Of a stretch of 51,022 bases of DNA, positions 10,232-20,138 are shown one piece after another (the first letter of the stretch is position 1; each line of letters begins with the position of its first letter). Below the pieces are notes generated by a model. It worked only from the letters and a program-made list of their open reading frames with translations. It had not been told where the DNA came from and searched no databases. The DNA comes from Kiritimatiellia bacterium (lineage in GTDB: Bacteria > Verrucomicrobiota > Kiritimatiellia > RFP12 > UBA1067). The position numbers and the translations under genes are program-made. The stretch spans positions 1-51,022 of the forward strand of contig JAGBTH010000068.1 in assembly GCA_017631385.1 (NCBI GenBank), given 5' to 3'.

Positions 10232-11320
10232 CTAGCGAATCTTTAAGAAAAGTATAAGAAGTATTGGCATTACTACTAATTGTAATAATATAAAGCGCAA
10301 TAAAACCTGGGCGTTAGTCCAACCAAGATTCTTTTTACAATGATCATGTAGCGGAAAGCGGATTTTGCGAATTGCAGCGTCTTCACCTATATCCATGCCT
10401 ATTTTCTTAGCTATTCTTAAAAGAACTAACTTACCGAGCCCGCCGCCGCCATTAACAAGAACTATGGGAGATAGCGCAATAATTAAAAACGGATTCCCTA
10501 CTATTAAAACAGCTGTCGCGACTAAAATACCTAAAAATCGACTGCCGGCATCGCCCATCAAAATCTTAGAAGGCTCTGCATTAAACCAGAGATATCCGCC
10601 AAATGCCCCGGCTACAACCATAAGTACTATAGCCCATGAAGCAGCACCGGGATTACACGGGATTAAAAGATAATCGGCTACTGGCTTATAACCGATAATA
10701 AGATATAACAATACTGAAAGTATTAAAAGAGTAATAATCGTTAGAGACCCCGCTAAACCATCAACACCATCTGAGCAGTTTGTCGCATTCATAGTAAACC
10801 ACAATAAAAACGCTGCACATGGGATATAAAGCCAAAATGGAACGAGAAAGATCTCTTTAGTAAAGGGAATCCAAACCCCCATCACACCAGATTCAGAATG
10901 ACCGAAAAAGAGAAATGTAGCTATCGCAATTGATACTACCGCATCTAAAAGACCCTTTTTAAGCTCTCCCCAAGGAATTTGGGAGCGATCATCTAAATAC
11001 CCAAAAAGCATCGCCACATAAATGGTAAGAACACTAAGCGAATCCCAAAGCGAGAGAGGCGCGAAAAGTATCATAACCGGTAATGCAATTAGAGTTACTA
11101 TAAGCCCCGCGCCTGTCGGTTTACCGGCCGACTTCATGCCGTCTTTACCTAATATCGCCTTACCATGATCACGCGGCAAAAACTGCCAAAATCGCGGCAA
11201 AAGAACGATAGATAAAAATGCAGCCAAGAAAGCCCCTATTGAAATCAAAAACAAATGTGACTGAAAAAGACGAAAAGGTCCCCATTGCTGGGTAAGATGT
11301 TCAGCTATATAATAAAGCAT
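10232..11320 (-). CDS. mraY: Phospho-N-acetylmuramoyl-pentapeptide transferase
   Basis: GKPTGAG, GYLDD, NATNCSDGVDGLAG, WFNAEPSKILMGDAGS, PLHDH. Confidence 0.92.
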   Translation of the reverse strand: MLYYIAEHLTQQWGPFRLFQSHLFLISIGAFLAAFLSIVLLPRFWQFLPRDHGKAILGKDGMKSAGKPTGAGLIVTLIALPVMILFAPLSLWDSLSVLTIYVAMLFGYLDDRSQIPWGELKKGLLDAVVSIAIATFLFFGHSESGVMGVWIPFTKEIFLVPFWLYIPCAAFLLWFTMNATNCSDGVDGLAGSLTIITLLILSVLLYLIIGYKPVADYLLIPCNPGAASWAIVLMVVAGAFGGYLWFNAEPSKILMGDAGSRFLGILVATAVLIVGNPFLIIALSPIVLVNGGGGLGKLVLLRIAKKIGMDIGEDAAIRKIRFPLHDHCKKNLGWTNAQVLLRFILLQLVVMPILLILFLKIR

Positions 11321-11424
11321 TATAAATTTCTTTCTCTATACGTACTTATATATGATAATTTCTATTGGGCACGTATGGTATCATAATTAATATTTACAGT
11401 CAATCAATATAAAGCCCAAAATCA

Positions 11425-12168
11425 TCAATAAAAGACTTTCCAAAGAAAAAGTCCTCTAGGAGGAGCTGTTTCTACCCTGGCTGTGCGAGGATTCGCCGCG
11501 TCTAAAAGCTCTTTAACAGCCTCTGGCTTTTCATTACCCTTACCTACTGAAAGTAAAAAACCGGCCATCGAACGAACCTGTTTATAAAGAAAACCATCGC
11601 CCTTTACAATTAAAACATATTTATGACCTGATTTTTTTACTTCACAACTAAAAATATTACGAACTGTTGTTTCTAGCTCTCGATTTGGATTCGCCGCGAA
11701 GGATACGAAATCATGACGACCGACAAAATACGAAGCCGCCTTCTTCATAGCCTCTAAATTAAGCGGTCTATGACAATATATCCAATAAGGAACTAAATGG
11801 GGCGGCATTATATCATCTTGATAAATATGGTACCGATATTCCTTACCCTTCGCCGAAAGCCTCGCATCAAAATCCTCCTTAGCGTAAGACGCCTTAAGAA
11901 TGCGTACCGCCTCTGGTAAACGCGAATTCATCGCCTTAATAAGATTTTTAGGAGGTATAGGCTTAGTAAGATGAAAATGAGCTACAAAACCTTTAGCGTG
12001 AACGCCCGCATCTGTGCGAGAGCTCCCGAATACTCTAACTGGTCCACGCTCAAGATACTGAAGAGCCTCCTCTACAACTTGCTGAATACCAAGAGCGTTT
12101 TCCTGGTACTGCCAACCAGAATAAGCTGTACCATCATAAGCAATTATAACTTTATACTTGCGCTTCAC
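11425..12168 (-). CDS. truA: tRNA pseudouridine(38-40) synthase
   Basis: AYDGTAYSGWQ, SRTDAGVHA, FDAR, GFLYKQVR, TAPPRGLFL. Confidence 0.97.
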   Translation of the reverse strand: MKRKYKVIIAYDGTAYSGWQYQENALGIQQVVEEALQYLERGPVRVFGSSRTDAGVHAKGFVAHFHLTKPIPPKNLIKAMNSRLPEAVRILKASYAKEDFDARLSAKGKEYRYHIYQDDIMPPHLVPYWIYCHRPLNLEAMKKAASYFVGRHDFVSFAANPNRELETTVRNIFSCEVKKSGHKYVLIVKGDGFLYKQVRSMAGFLLSVGKGNEKPEAVKELLDAANPRTARVETAPPRGLFLWKVFY

Positions 12169-12222
12169 TTTTTATTCCCCGAAATCTTCTTATTTTTAAT
12201 AATTAAATGATATTCTAGTAAT

Positions 12223-13329
12223 TTATTCACTTTTAGCTAATGCGACTCTATTACCCGGGCAAAACCTAACCCGCCCTTTAAGCCTTAGGGCCATCGTAAG
12301 TGAATTTATCTTAGCAGCCGAAAACCCAGTTTTAGTAGTTAATAAATCAATAGAAACAGGCTCTTCGCTAATATTACGCATTAAAATAGATTCTTCTATA
12401 TTAAAAGGCGGCGCTACTAATGATTTATCATCATTTTTAGCCTTAGATACTTCTTCACTATTATTATCATCATCTTTTTGAAGAGCGCTTCGACCAAAAA
12501 AGTCCCCCATTTCTTCTTCGACATCGCGCGCATTACGAATTAATCTCGCGCCATCACGTATAAGCTTTAGGCAACCTGCCGACGCTCTGCTATCTACACG
12601 ACCTGGTAGCGCCATTACTGTTCTGCCTAGCTCAGCCGCTAAAGATGTCGTAATTAATGTTCCGCTCTTTAGTGGCGCCTCTATCGCTATTACCCCCTTA
12701 GCGAGCGCGGCTACGATCCTGTTACGCTGAGGGAAGGTATGTTCGTCGGCTGGACGGCCAAACGGGAACTCGCTAATTACAGCGCCACCTTTCGCAATCA
12801 TTTCACGGGCCAATTCTCGGTTTTCGTCAGGATAAAACATATCAAGAGCCGAACCTAATACTCCAACAGTAACGCCCGAAGCATCTAAAGCGCCGCGGTG
12901 CGACGCGGCATCAATACCCAACGCTAAGCCTGAAATGATTACCCAACCATTAGACGCTAATGAAAACGCGAGCTTAGCCGCTTCACTGCGACCATACTCT
13001 GTAGAACGCCGCGTCCCCACCATCGCTATAGCTGGACGCAAAAGCGCCTTAACATTTCCCTTAACATATATTGCTAGAGGATGGGCGCGCATTTCTCTAA
13101 ATACTAAGGGATAATCCTCGTCAGCAGGAGTTAAGATTTGAACACCATATTTCTTCGCTAACTTTAATTCTCGCTCCCAATCGATAACTCCCGGCGTGCG
13201 CCCCACTTTATTAGGGTAATTCTCCCAAGCGTTAGCGACCGAACCAAACTCAGAGACAAGTTTCGAAAGCTTAACGGAACCTACGCCTTCTACCAAGTTA
13301 AACGCAATATAAGCTTCTTTTTCAGTCAT
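12223..13329 (-). CDS. dprA: DNA-processing protein DprA
   Basis: AMVGTRR, ISGLALGIDAASHRGAL, FPQRNRIV, SGTLIT, C-terminal wHTH. Confidence 0.95.
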   Translation of the reverse strand: MTEKEAYIAFNLVEGVGSVKLSKLVSEFGSVANAWENYPNKVGRTPGVIDWERELKLAKKYGVQILTPADEDYPLVFREMRAHPLAIYVKGNVKALLRPAIAMVGTRRSTEYGRSEAAKLAFSLASNGWVIISGLALGIDAASHRGALDASGVTVGVLGSALDMFYPDENRELAREMIAKGGAVISEFPFGRPADEHTFPQRNRIVAALAKGVIAIEAPLKSGTLITTSLAAELGRTVMALPGRVDSRASAGCLKLIRDGARLIRNARDVEEEMGDFFGRSALQKDDDNNSEEVSKAKNDDKSLVAPPFNIEESILMRNISEEPVSIDLLTTKTGFSAAKINSLTMALRLKGRVRFCPGNRVALAKSE

Positions 13330-13341
13330 TAAAATTCCCTA

Positions 13342-13371
13342 TTGCAATCTGCATCAATTTTTTGATATAAT
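13342..13371 (+). promoter_or_regulatory. Promoter of tRNA-Glu
   Basis: TTGCAA-N18-TATAAT with TG extension. Confidence 0.7.
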
Positions 13372-13388
13372 ATCTGCCAGTTGATTAA

Positions 13389-13463
13389 GGCCCCATCGTC
13401 TATCGGATAGGACACAAGCTTTTCATGCTTGGTAGAGGAGTTCGACTCTCCTTGGGGCTGCCA
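13389..13463 (+). tRNA. tRNA-Glu(UUC)
   Basis: GGCCCCA acceptor stem, anticodon arm CAAGC-TTTTCAT-GCTTG, T arm AGGAG-TTCGACT-CTCCT, encoded CCA. Confidence 0.96.
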
Positions 13464-13465
13464 TT

Positions 13466-13494
13466 AAAAAAAGAGGCTTTCGCCTCTTTTTTTG
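13466..13494. terminator. Bidirectional intrinsic terminator
   Basis: AAAAAAAGAGGC-TTTC-GCCTCTTTTTTT between convergent tRNA-Glu and the TPR gene. Confidence 0.9.
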
Positions 13495-13504
13495 TTTTAT
13501 CTCC

Positions 13505-14884
13505 TTATCGATTCTTAAGTTTCTGAGCTACGCTCAACATTCTCTCTGACAAGTCAGCGAAGCCAACGTCAGTTGAATATACGTCTTTATAATACTGATA
13601 CGCCTTATCTAAATCACCAGCGTTCTCAGCGCAAAGACCTAACTGATAAACAACCATCTTCTTTAAATCATCCATCGTAGGAATAGCATCACGCGCGGTT
13701 TCAAGCTGCATAACAGCCATATCCGACTGACCCTTCATCAAGAAGCACATCGCTAAATAATAAAGCGCCCAGAGACGATCTTTAGGACTGCGCTGCGCCA
13801 ACTGAAGATGCTCAAGAGCTTCGTCATAATATTCGTTCTGGTAATACAAAACGCCCAACTCATAACGAAGATGCAAATCATTAGGATAGCGCTCTACGCG
13901 AGAAGCTAAATCGTCAAAAACGAACTGATTTTTCTCATTCGTCAACTCTATAACAGAATTCTCATCACCAGCCTGACGATACTGTTCAATAAGCTGGTCA
14001 TAATACTGAGTCTGAGTCTGCGAAAGCATACGATCGAGTTCAGGATCCATCGAACCGCAAATTTCTAATGCTTCCTGAAGACAATTAATAGCCTCCTCAA
14101 AACGCTTACCCTGAATATAAAGTCGAGCGAGAGCTCGGCGGAAGTTCATATTCTTAGGCTCATTAGCGATCTGAGCTAGCTTCTCGGCTATAAGCGCTTC
14201 GGCATCATCACCAGTAACAACCGCCTTATTAGCCTGATCGAGTTTCTTAGCCTGCTCTTTATTAGCAATAAGATTCTGGAATCCGCCCTTCTTTCCTGCC
14301 GTTTCAACCCAACCAGAATTCATCGTCGCCTGAGCTTCGCAATTCTTAAGAAGCTGCATTACCTGCTGATCACCAGGCTTGATTTCTGAAAGCTTTCTAT
14401 AAACATCACATGCCTTAACCCAGTTCTTCGACATCTGATAATAAGTCGCAACCCTCATAAGAAGTTCAGGGTCTTTATTACCCCCTTCATACGCAGCCTC
14501 AACTGATATAGCGGCATGATCTGGCTTACCAGCAGCTTCAGCAGCCTTAACAGCTACTTCAATATTATCGCCGTCTAAAGGATTCTTACAAAGAAGCTTC
14601 TCGGCCTCAGCCATAGCCTTCAGAGCTTCACCCTTTTTAACAAGACCTAAAATCTTCTGGCGATCTACCATATACCCTAACTTCGCGCCAAAACCAGCCT
14701 TACCATTAGTGCGAAAGTTAAGAACCTGAGCTGTGCGCAAAAGTTTACGCGCTTCTAGGACATCAGGAGCCGCCGAGACAGCCTCCATTAACATATCAAC
14801 AGCTAGTTCATACTTGCGAGACTCGAGCGCCTGGCGCCCGCGATTCATAAAATTCTGAGCTTTTTGAGCTAAATCTACAGCCAT
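13505..14884 (-). CDS. Tetratricopeptide repeat protein
   Basis: Repeated helical TPR-like units (YPNDLHLRYELGVLYY, YYLAMCF, YQLGLCAENAGDLDKAYQYY). Confidence 0.85.
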   Translation of the reverse strand: MAVDLAQKAQNFMNRGRQALESRKYELAVDMLMEAVSAAPDVLEARKLLRTAQVLNFRTNGKAGFGAKLGYMVDRQKILGLVKKGEALKAMAEAEKLLCKNPLDGDNIEVAVKAAEAAGKPDHAAISVEAAYEGGNKDPELLMRVATYYQMSKNWVKACDVYRKLSEIKPGDQQVMQLLKNCEAQATMNSGWVETAGKKGGFQNLIANKEQAKKLDQANKAVVTGDDAEALIAEKLAQIANEPKNMNFRRALARLYIQGKRFEEAINCLQEALEICGSMDPELDRMLSQTQTQYYDQLIEQYRQAGDENSVIELTNEKNQFVFDDLASRVERYPNDLHLRYELGVLYYQNEYYDEALEHLQLAQRSPKDRLWALYYLAMCFLMKGQSDMAVMQLETARDAIPTMDDLKKMVVYQLGLCAENAGDLDKAYQYYKDVYSTDVGFADLSERMLSVAQKLKNR

Positions 14885-14908
14885 GATAAAACCTCGTCAA
14901 TTTATTAT

Positions 14909-15214
14909 TTAGGGAGTAACTGCAAGACGATCGTCATTGGAATCTTCGCAGATACCGTTAGTCTTATAAGTTTTAAGCATAAAATGAGTTGCCGTCGAAA
15001 TAACGCCATCTATCGTCGAAAGATCCTGCGCTACAAACGATGCAACATCTTGGAGGCTGTTACCTTTTACAAAGACTAAAAGGTCATACCCGCCCGACAT
15101 TAAAAAGCAAGCTTCGACCTGAGCGAAAGAAGATACTTTTTGGGCGATTTTACCAAAACCGCATTCACGCTGAGGTGTTATTTTAAGCTCAATTACTGCA
15201 CGTACTTCGTTCAT
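14909..15214 (-). CDS. Stand-alone Lrp/AsnC ligand-binding (RAM) domain protein
   Basis: IELKITPQRECGF, LMSGGYDLLV, STATHFMLK; no N-terminal HTH. Confidence 0.8.
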   Translation of the reverse strand: MNEVRAVIELKITPQRECGFGKIAQKVSSFAQVEACFLMSGGYDLLVFVKGNSLQDVASFVAQDLSTIDGVISTATHFMLKTYKTNGICEDSNDDRLAVTP

Positions 15215-15223
15215 AAGTTCTCC

Positions 15224-15739
15224 TTACTCCCATTTTAGATTTAACGCATCGTCTACAATTTGTGCGGCGATGTCTTCGGCTAAACGACCACTAGCATTAC
15301 GCTGTAAAGTCAAAATATCATTATCGCCATAAAATGTCGTACGACCGACATATTTACGATTATTTACAATAACCTTACCAGATTTCTTATCGATAAAACT
15401 GACTGTCGCTTCAGCTGTAAAACGTCTCTCTATACGACGGTTAGTATGATCACGATTACTCGAATTAACCCTCGCTAAACCAGTCGAAGAGATAATACCT
15501 TGGATTTCAAGAGCGCAATTTTCGGGCGTTGAAATCTTAAACGTACCTTCGCGCTGAAACTCTCTTAAAACCTGCCTAGCTAAAACATTACCTAACTCAG
15601 TCACTTCGCTGTCATTGCGAAAAACCGGAACGAATACAGTACGCTTATCTTCAGGTACATCACTCGTCCATTTATAAGTCGCGCAACCGGCAGAAAGCCC
15701 CAAGACAGTTAGCGCGAATAGATACTTTAATACATTCAT
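15224..15739 (-). CDS. lptE: LptE-like LPS assembly lipoprotein
   Basis: Lipobox SAGC, TVFVPVFRN, C-terminal LAEDIAAQIVD; adjacent to a bamD-like gene. Confidence 0.7.
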   Translation of the reverse strand: MNVLKYLFALTVLGLSAGCATYKWTSDVPEDKRTVFVPVFRNDSEVTELGNVLARQVLREFQREGTFKISTPENCALEIQGIISSTGLARVNSSNRDHTNRRIERRFTAEATVSFIDKKSGKVIVNNRKYVGRTTFYGDNDILTLQRNASGRLAEDIAAQIVDDALNLKWE

Positions 15740-16767
15740 TTAGACTCCTTAGCCGATGATGTTGATTTAAGTTGTTCAAGACGCTCGCGAACTTTCTGAG
15801 CGTATGAACTAGCTGGATAATCTCTCAAAAATCTCTCGTACGCGTTAATTGTTCCGCGGCGCTTACGCGTAATCGAATCATAGAATACGGCCGCCTCATA
15901 CGCCTCTTTCTCTACTATAGCATAAGCCTCAGCTCTCCACTTTTGAAATTCTGCTCGAATATCTGCATCTTCGGCTAGCCTAATGGCCATATCTAAAAAT
16001 GAAACAGTGTTAAGGCCTCTATCTCTATTATATTCATGAGACCTTAAAAGAATCATTCTTAATTCAGCCTCTTTATAAAGAGCTGCTTTAGCTTGATTTG
16101 AAGATGAATAACGGTTTCTAATTACCTTACAAACTTCAATAGCCTCAGCATATTCCTCTTCATCAATTCGCAACTCCACGATAGAATACATAGCCTCTGG
16201 CGCGAAATATGCGCCAGGAGCGCGGCGAACGACCCCTTCAAACGCACAACGAACATCAGCTGTATTAGCGAACTTAAAAAAGATAATCCGCTTACCATCC
16301 TCGCGCATTTTTTTAGCGGTCTCATACATTTTAGCAATAGCCTTATCATAATCACAATCCGAGGAATAAAAATCAACGAGATACTTATACTCCTCAAGCG
16401 CATTTATAGGATCGTTAATTTTATATAAGTATGTATCGGCTAAATCTTCTTGAGCCTTTACAGCTTCAGGCGACAGGGGAAATTTAGCAACAAGCGCATT
16501 ATAAGCATTAATAGCAGCTCCATACGCGCCGTCCGTAACATATTCGCGCGCTAACGCCAATTGCTTCGCAGGATCATCAGACTTAGCCTTACGCCACCAT
16601 AAGAAGCTAGGCGTTTTACGCTCTTGAGGTAAAACGTTAGATTCGCTATCAAACCCTGGATAAGCATCACTCGCATAATGCGTACCGGGACCAGGAGTCA
16701 CAGCGAGTGAACACAAACTCGCTAATGAAACTAAAATATATAAAAGGAATATTTTTTTAAACATCAT
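15736..16767 (-). CDS. bamD: Outer membrane assembly factor BamD-like TPR protein
   Basis: Signal peptide; TPR repeats with FP.SPEA and YP.SSYA motifs; AYEAAVFY. Confidence 0.7.
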   Translation of the reverse strand: MMFKKIFLLYILVSLASLCSLAVTPGPGTHYASDAYPGFDSESNVLPQERKTPSFLWWRKAKSDDPAKQLALAREYVTDGAYGAAINAYNALVAKFPLSPEAVKAQEDLADTYLYKINDPINALEEYKYLVDFYSSDCDYDKAIAKMYETAKKMREDGKRIIFFKFANTADVRCAFEGVVRRAPGAYFAPEAMYSIVELRIDEEEYAEAIEVCKVIRNRYSSSNQAKAALYKEAELRMILLRSHEYNRDRGLNTVSFLDMAIRLAEDADIRAEFQKWRAEAYAIVEKEAYEAAVFYDSITRKRRGTINAYERFLRDYPASSYAQKVRERLEQLKSTSSAKESK

Positions 16768-16841
16768 AGAAATATTATACCATATTACTCGCTATCGCGT
16801 CCTATATTTCTTAAAATATGAATCTAGTTATAAAAACCTTT

Positions 16842-18050
16842 TTACCAATGTCGCGTAGATCCTACAATGCCATCGCTAAACGTAACATTAACCCAAAAAA
16901 GTAACGCCTCCTTAGGAACTTCAACAGAAAGCGCATCATTTAGAAATGGGATTGATTTCGTCTCATATTTGCGTTTAGACCAAACCTTATCTGAAGATAC
17001 AGTATAAATTAACTCAGCTCGTACTGCCTTACGACCAAAGCTATTCCACTTAACCGAAAGTTTTCGCCCATCAAGATTAGTCGAAAACTCAGGTAAAGCT
17101 GGTTTACCAAATGCAAAGTGATCCGCAAAAGCAGTAATTTCGACCGGATCACCAGGCGGCGCATGACCATGCGGCATTCGTACACGCACCGCTAAACGCG
17201 GAGCATTCGGCATTAAATCGTAACCACGTTGCAAAGAATCAAGGGGAAAAAAGTAATCATTCGACCCTGTTGCCCACAAAACAGGCATCTTAACAAATGG
17301 TAGAAAATTTTTCGCATCCCATAATTCATCCCAACGCTCACCTGTTTTACCTAGGCTCTTAAGTTGCTCAGACCATACGGAATGATCTCTAAGAAACGCG
17401 CTAGCATAAACTGGGGCTGCAAAGGCAAAACGATCATCAATACCAGCTACGCACGACGCTAAGTAACCTCCCCATGAAATGCCAGTAAGTCCTATTCTTT
17501 GAGGATCAACCTCAGGTAGTGAACGTAAAAACGAATGCGAGCGAATAACCGTCGAAATAGCATGAAACGACCATTGATCCTTAATCGGATCATTAGCTAA
17601 CGGAAAAACACTCTCGCCCCACCCAGGAGGACCTGAATATTTATGACGAAGCATCCCCCCTAACGCCTTCGACGCCTTAGGGAATCCTCCGCATGTATCC
17701 ATCGCTATCGCGGCATATCCGCGCTTAACCCAAAGCTTAACCCACGACGAAAAGGCTGTTCCGCCTCCGCCATGGATTAGAACAATACCAGGTACGCGAT
17801 TAGTGGGCGAGGATCCCTTAGGTAGAGCCCACCAAGCGAAAAAGCGAGTACGAACGCCCTTATAAACTTCGCCTTCTATAACGACAGATTTAACACCATC
17901 GGGATTACTTTCATTTATCTCATAGGTCTTCGGCGTAGTCCACATAGATGGCTCTTCTCGCCAAAGCGCCGCACTCCTATTAATATCGGCAACGGCCGAG
18001 ACCATCGCTAAAGCAAAAAAAATGCTACCAATTAAAAACTTCAACTTCAT
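16842..18050 (-). CDS. Secreted alpha/beta hydrolase (acetylxylan esterase-like)
   Basis: Signal peptide, LIHGGGG, VDPQRIGLTGISWGG nucleophile elbow, GSNDYFF, HGH. Confidence 0.8.
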   Translation of the reverse strand: MKLKFLIGSIFFALAMVSAVADINRSAALWREEPSMWTTPKTYEINESNPDGVKSVVIEGEVYKGVRTRFFAWWALPKGSSPTNRVPGIVLIHGGGGTAFSSWVKLWVKRGYAAIAMDTCGGFPKASKALGGMLRHKYSGPPGWGESVFPLANDPIKDQWSFHAISTVIRSHSFLRSLPEVDPQRIGLTGISWGGYLASCVAGIDDRFAFAAPVYASAFLRDHSVWSEQLKSLGKTGERWDELWDAKNFLPFVKMPVLWATGSNDYFFPLDSLQRGYDLMPNAPRLAVRVRMPHGHAPPGDPVEITAFADHFAFGKPALPEFSTNLDGRKLSVKWNSFGRKAVRAELIYTVSSDKVWSKRKYETKSIPFLNDALSVEVPKEALLFWVNVTFSDGIVGSTRHW

Positions 18051-18083
18051 TGTGCCACAATCATCTATAAAAGATGTATCTTT

Positions 18084-18458
18084 TTAAAAGAAAATAGAAT
18101 TCGCGCGTTTGCAAAGTTGAATTGGAACTCCCCACGGATCGCGCAACATCGCCATGTGAAACTGAGGATTATCGATATTAAGCTGCTCTAATGTAGCGCC
18201 CGCTTCAACGAGTCTCTCGGCATCACGCTTTACATCTTCCGAAACAAACGCAATATGAAGCGTCATCGAATTTAATTTCGCATACTCAGGCGCCTTAGGG
18301 GTTTCGCCAGTACGATAAATCTCAAGCCCCATTATACCCGAATCATCAAGAATAAAAGCGCTACCAGGCTTAGAACGTCGAAAGCCTAGATTACGACACC
18401 ACCATTCAATGAATTTATCTGGTTCAGCGACATCAAAAGCGATATGTTCGAGTTTCAT
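18084..18458 (-). CDS. VOC/glyoxalase family protein
   Basis: LEHIAFDV, LHIAFVSEDV, MLRDPWGVPIQL. Confidence 0.88.
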   Translation of the reverse strand: MKLEHIAFDVAEPDKFIEWWCRNLGFRRSKPGSAFILDDSGIMGLEIYRTGETPKAPEYAKLNSMTLHIAFVSEDVKRDAERLVEAGATLEQLNIDNPQFHMAMLRDPWGVPIQLCKRANSIFF

Positions 18459-18474
18459 ATTTGCTCCTTTCTAG

Positions 18475-18515
18475 AAAAATTAAGCGCGACGCAGCCCATT
18501 AAGGCCTCGTCGCGC
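18475..18515 (-). terminator. Probable intrinsic terminator after infA-yebC
   Basis: GCGCGACG...CGTCGCGC stem (18484-18515) followed on the - strand by TTAATTTTT. Confidence 0.6.
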
Positions 18516-18536
18516 CAATCGTCTAATCTAATTAAA

Positions 18537-19301
18537 TTAGGCCTCCGCAGCGAGCGCGGCGTCAACCTCGTCGGTCGTCTCCATATTATTGTAGACGTCC
18601 TGAACGTCCTCGAGATCTTCGAGCATATCGACGAACTTCTGGACAGCCTTAGCAGTAGCAACATCGCTGACTACCGCAGGCTGATTGGCTACGAGACCAA
18701 CATTGGAATTCTCTTCGTCAACGACGATACCAGCGCCCTTAACAGCTTCGAGAACAGCCGTAAAGTCATTAGGCTGGCACTTAACCGTAAAGCCGCCATC
18801 CTCAGAAAGAACGTCCTCAGCACCAGCTTCGAGAGCAACTTCCATAACCTTATCTTCGGTAATGCCGTCGGCCGCAGGAATCATAATCTGACCCATACGA
18901 TCAAAGAGACGGGAAGCAGCGCCCTGCTTAGCAAATTCAAGACCATTCTTCTTAAAGACGTTACCAACTTCAGCGGCAGCGCGGTTCTTATTATCAGTAA
19001 GAACGTTAACTACGAAAGCAACAGCGCCCTTAATACCCTCGTAAGAAGCGGGAACGAGAACCTCAGCCTCGATTTCACCCGTACCCTTCTTGATAGCGCG
19101 CTCAATGTTGTCGTTAGGCATCTGAGCAGCCTTAGCCTTCGCAATGAGAGTACGAAGAGTGGGGTTATTGGCGGGATCGCCGCCCTTCGCCTTTACGACG
19201 ATGGTGATTTCTTTACCAAGCTTCGAGAAGATTTTACCTTTTCTCGCATCCGCCGCGCCCTTCGCGCGCTTAATTGTCGCCCAGTGACTATGACCTGACA
19301 T
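18537..19301 (-). CDS. yebC: YebC/PmpR family protein
   Basis: MSGHSHWATIKRAKG, GGDPANNPTLR, NIERAIKKG, TDNKNR, EDVQDVYNN. Confidence 0.96.
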   Translation of the reverse strand: MSGHSHWATIKRAKGAADARKGKIFSKLGKEITIVVKAKGGDPANNPTLRTLIAKAKAAQMPNDNIERAIKKGTGEIEAEVLVPASYEGIKGAVAFVVNVLTDNKNRAAAEVGNVFKKNGLEFAKQGAASRLFDRMGQIMIPAADGITEDKVMEVALEAGAEDVLSEDGGFTVKCQPNDFTAVLEAVKGAGIVVDEENSNVGLVANQPAVVSDVATAKAVQKFVDMLEDLEDVQDVYNNMETTDEVDAALAAEA

Positions 19302-19353
19302 GTTGTAGACTCCGTTTCGCTTTTGTTGTTAAGTAATAAGTTAGTAGGCTTTA

Positions 19354-19581
19354 TCAGACCTTATGACGGTACGTGATACGACCCTTGCCTAAATCGTAAG
19401 GTGAAATCTCGACGGTAACTTTATCGCCAATCGCGATCTTAATAAAAAACTTGCGCATCTTACCTGAGATGTGCGCAAGAATTTCATGCCCGTTTTCGAG
19501 CTGAACTTTATACATAGTAGCGGGTAGAACCTTAGTTACAACACCCGTTACTTCGATCGCTTGATCTTCTTCTTTAGCCAT
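19354..19581 (-). CDS. infA: Translation initiation factor IF-1
   Basis: [16 protein letters not shown]...[21 protein letters not shown]. Confidence 0.98.
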   Translation of the reverse strand: MAKEEDQAIEVTGVVTKVLPATMYKVQLENGHEILAHISGKMRKFFIKIAIGDKVTVEISPYDLGKGRITYRHKV

Positions 19582-19613
19582 TCGATTTACCTTAATTTGC
19601 CAATAATGTTAAT

Positions 19614-19642
19614 AGTTTATCAAATTTACTGCTGAATATCAA
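19614..19642 (-). promoter_or_regulatory. Possible promoter for infA-yebC
   Basis: TTGATA-N17-TAAACT with TG extension. Confidence 0.45.
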
Positions 19643-19647
19643 CTCGC

Positions 19648-20124
19648 TTAAGATTTTTTTGGACATTTAGCATAAAACTCTTTTACGCCGAAATGATGCC
19701 AAGCATCTAGTTTAGCCCTAAAGCCGTCCCCCGAGATAACTAAAATGCCCTTTTTCTCCCACTTAGAAGCATCTACACTCTTTATATCTGAATATGAATA
19801 ACGTTTAGAGGCGACAACAAATCCCTCGTCATCAAACTCAAATTTAAAGAGAGAGACAACTAGAAGATGAAGCCCAACGCCAGTTGCCGCTAATAACGCG
19901 AAGAGCGTAAACAAGCGCTGGGTCTCAATTTTTTGGGCCTTGAAAGACTTAAGATCAACTTTATCATGAGGTTCAGATTTTTCTATCGAAACATATAAAT
20001 CACGTTCATTCGTTCGTGGATAACGAATGAACGCGTCAAAACCGAACCAGCCACCAAGAACCACGAAGACAACTAATGAAAAAAGATGTCTAAGTAGAAA
20101 TTCCTTATTGATCTTAAGCTTCAC
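19648..20124 (-). CDS. Hypothetical two-TM membrane protein
   Basis: GTG start, two hydrophobic segments, fits the operon between pyrF and infA. Confidence 0.7.
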   Translation of the reverse strand: MKLKINKEFLLRHLFSLVVFVVLGGWFGFDAFIRYPRTNERDLYVSIEKSEPHDKVDLKSFKAQKIETQRLFTLFALLAATGVGLHLLVVSLFKFEFDDEGFVVASKRYSYSDIKSVDASKWEKKGILVISGDGFRAKLDAWHHFGVKEFYAKCPKKS

Positions 20125-20138
20125 TACCTAACCCTTTC

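Noticed and set aside
18444-19298. 284-aa + strand ORF
   Set aside because: Antisense shadow of yebC; no recognisable motifs
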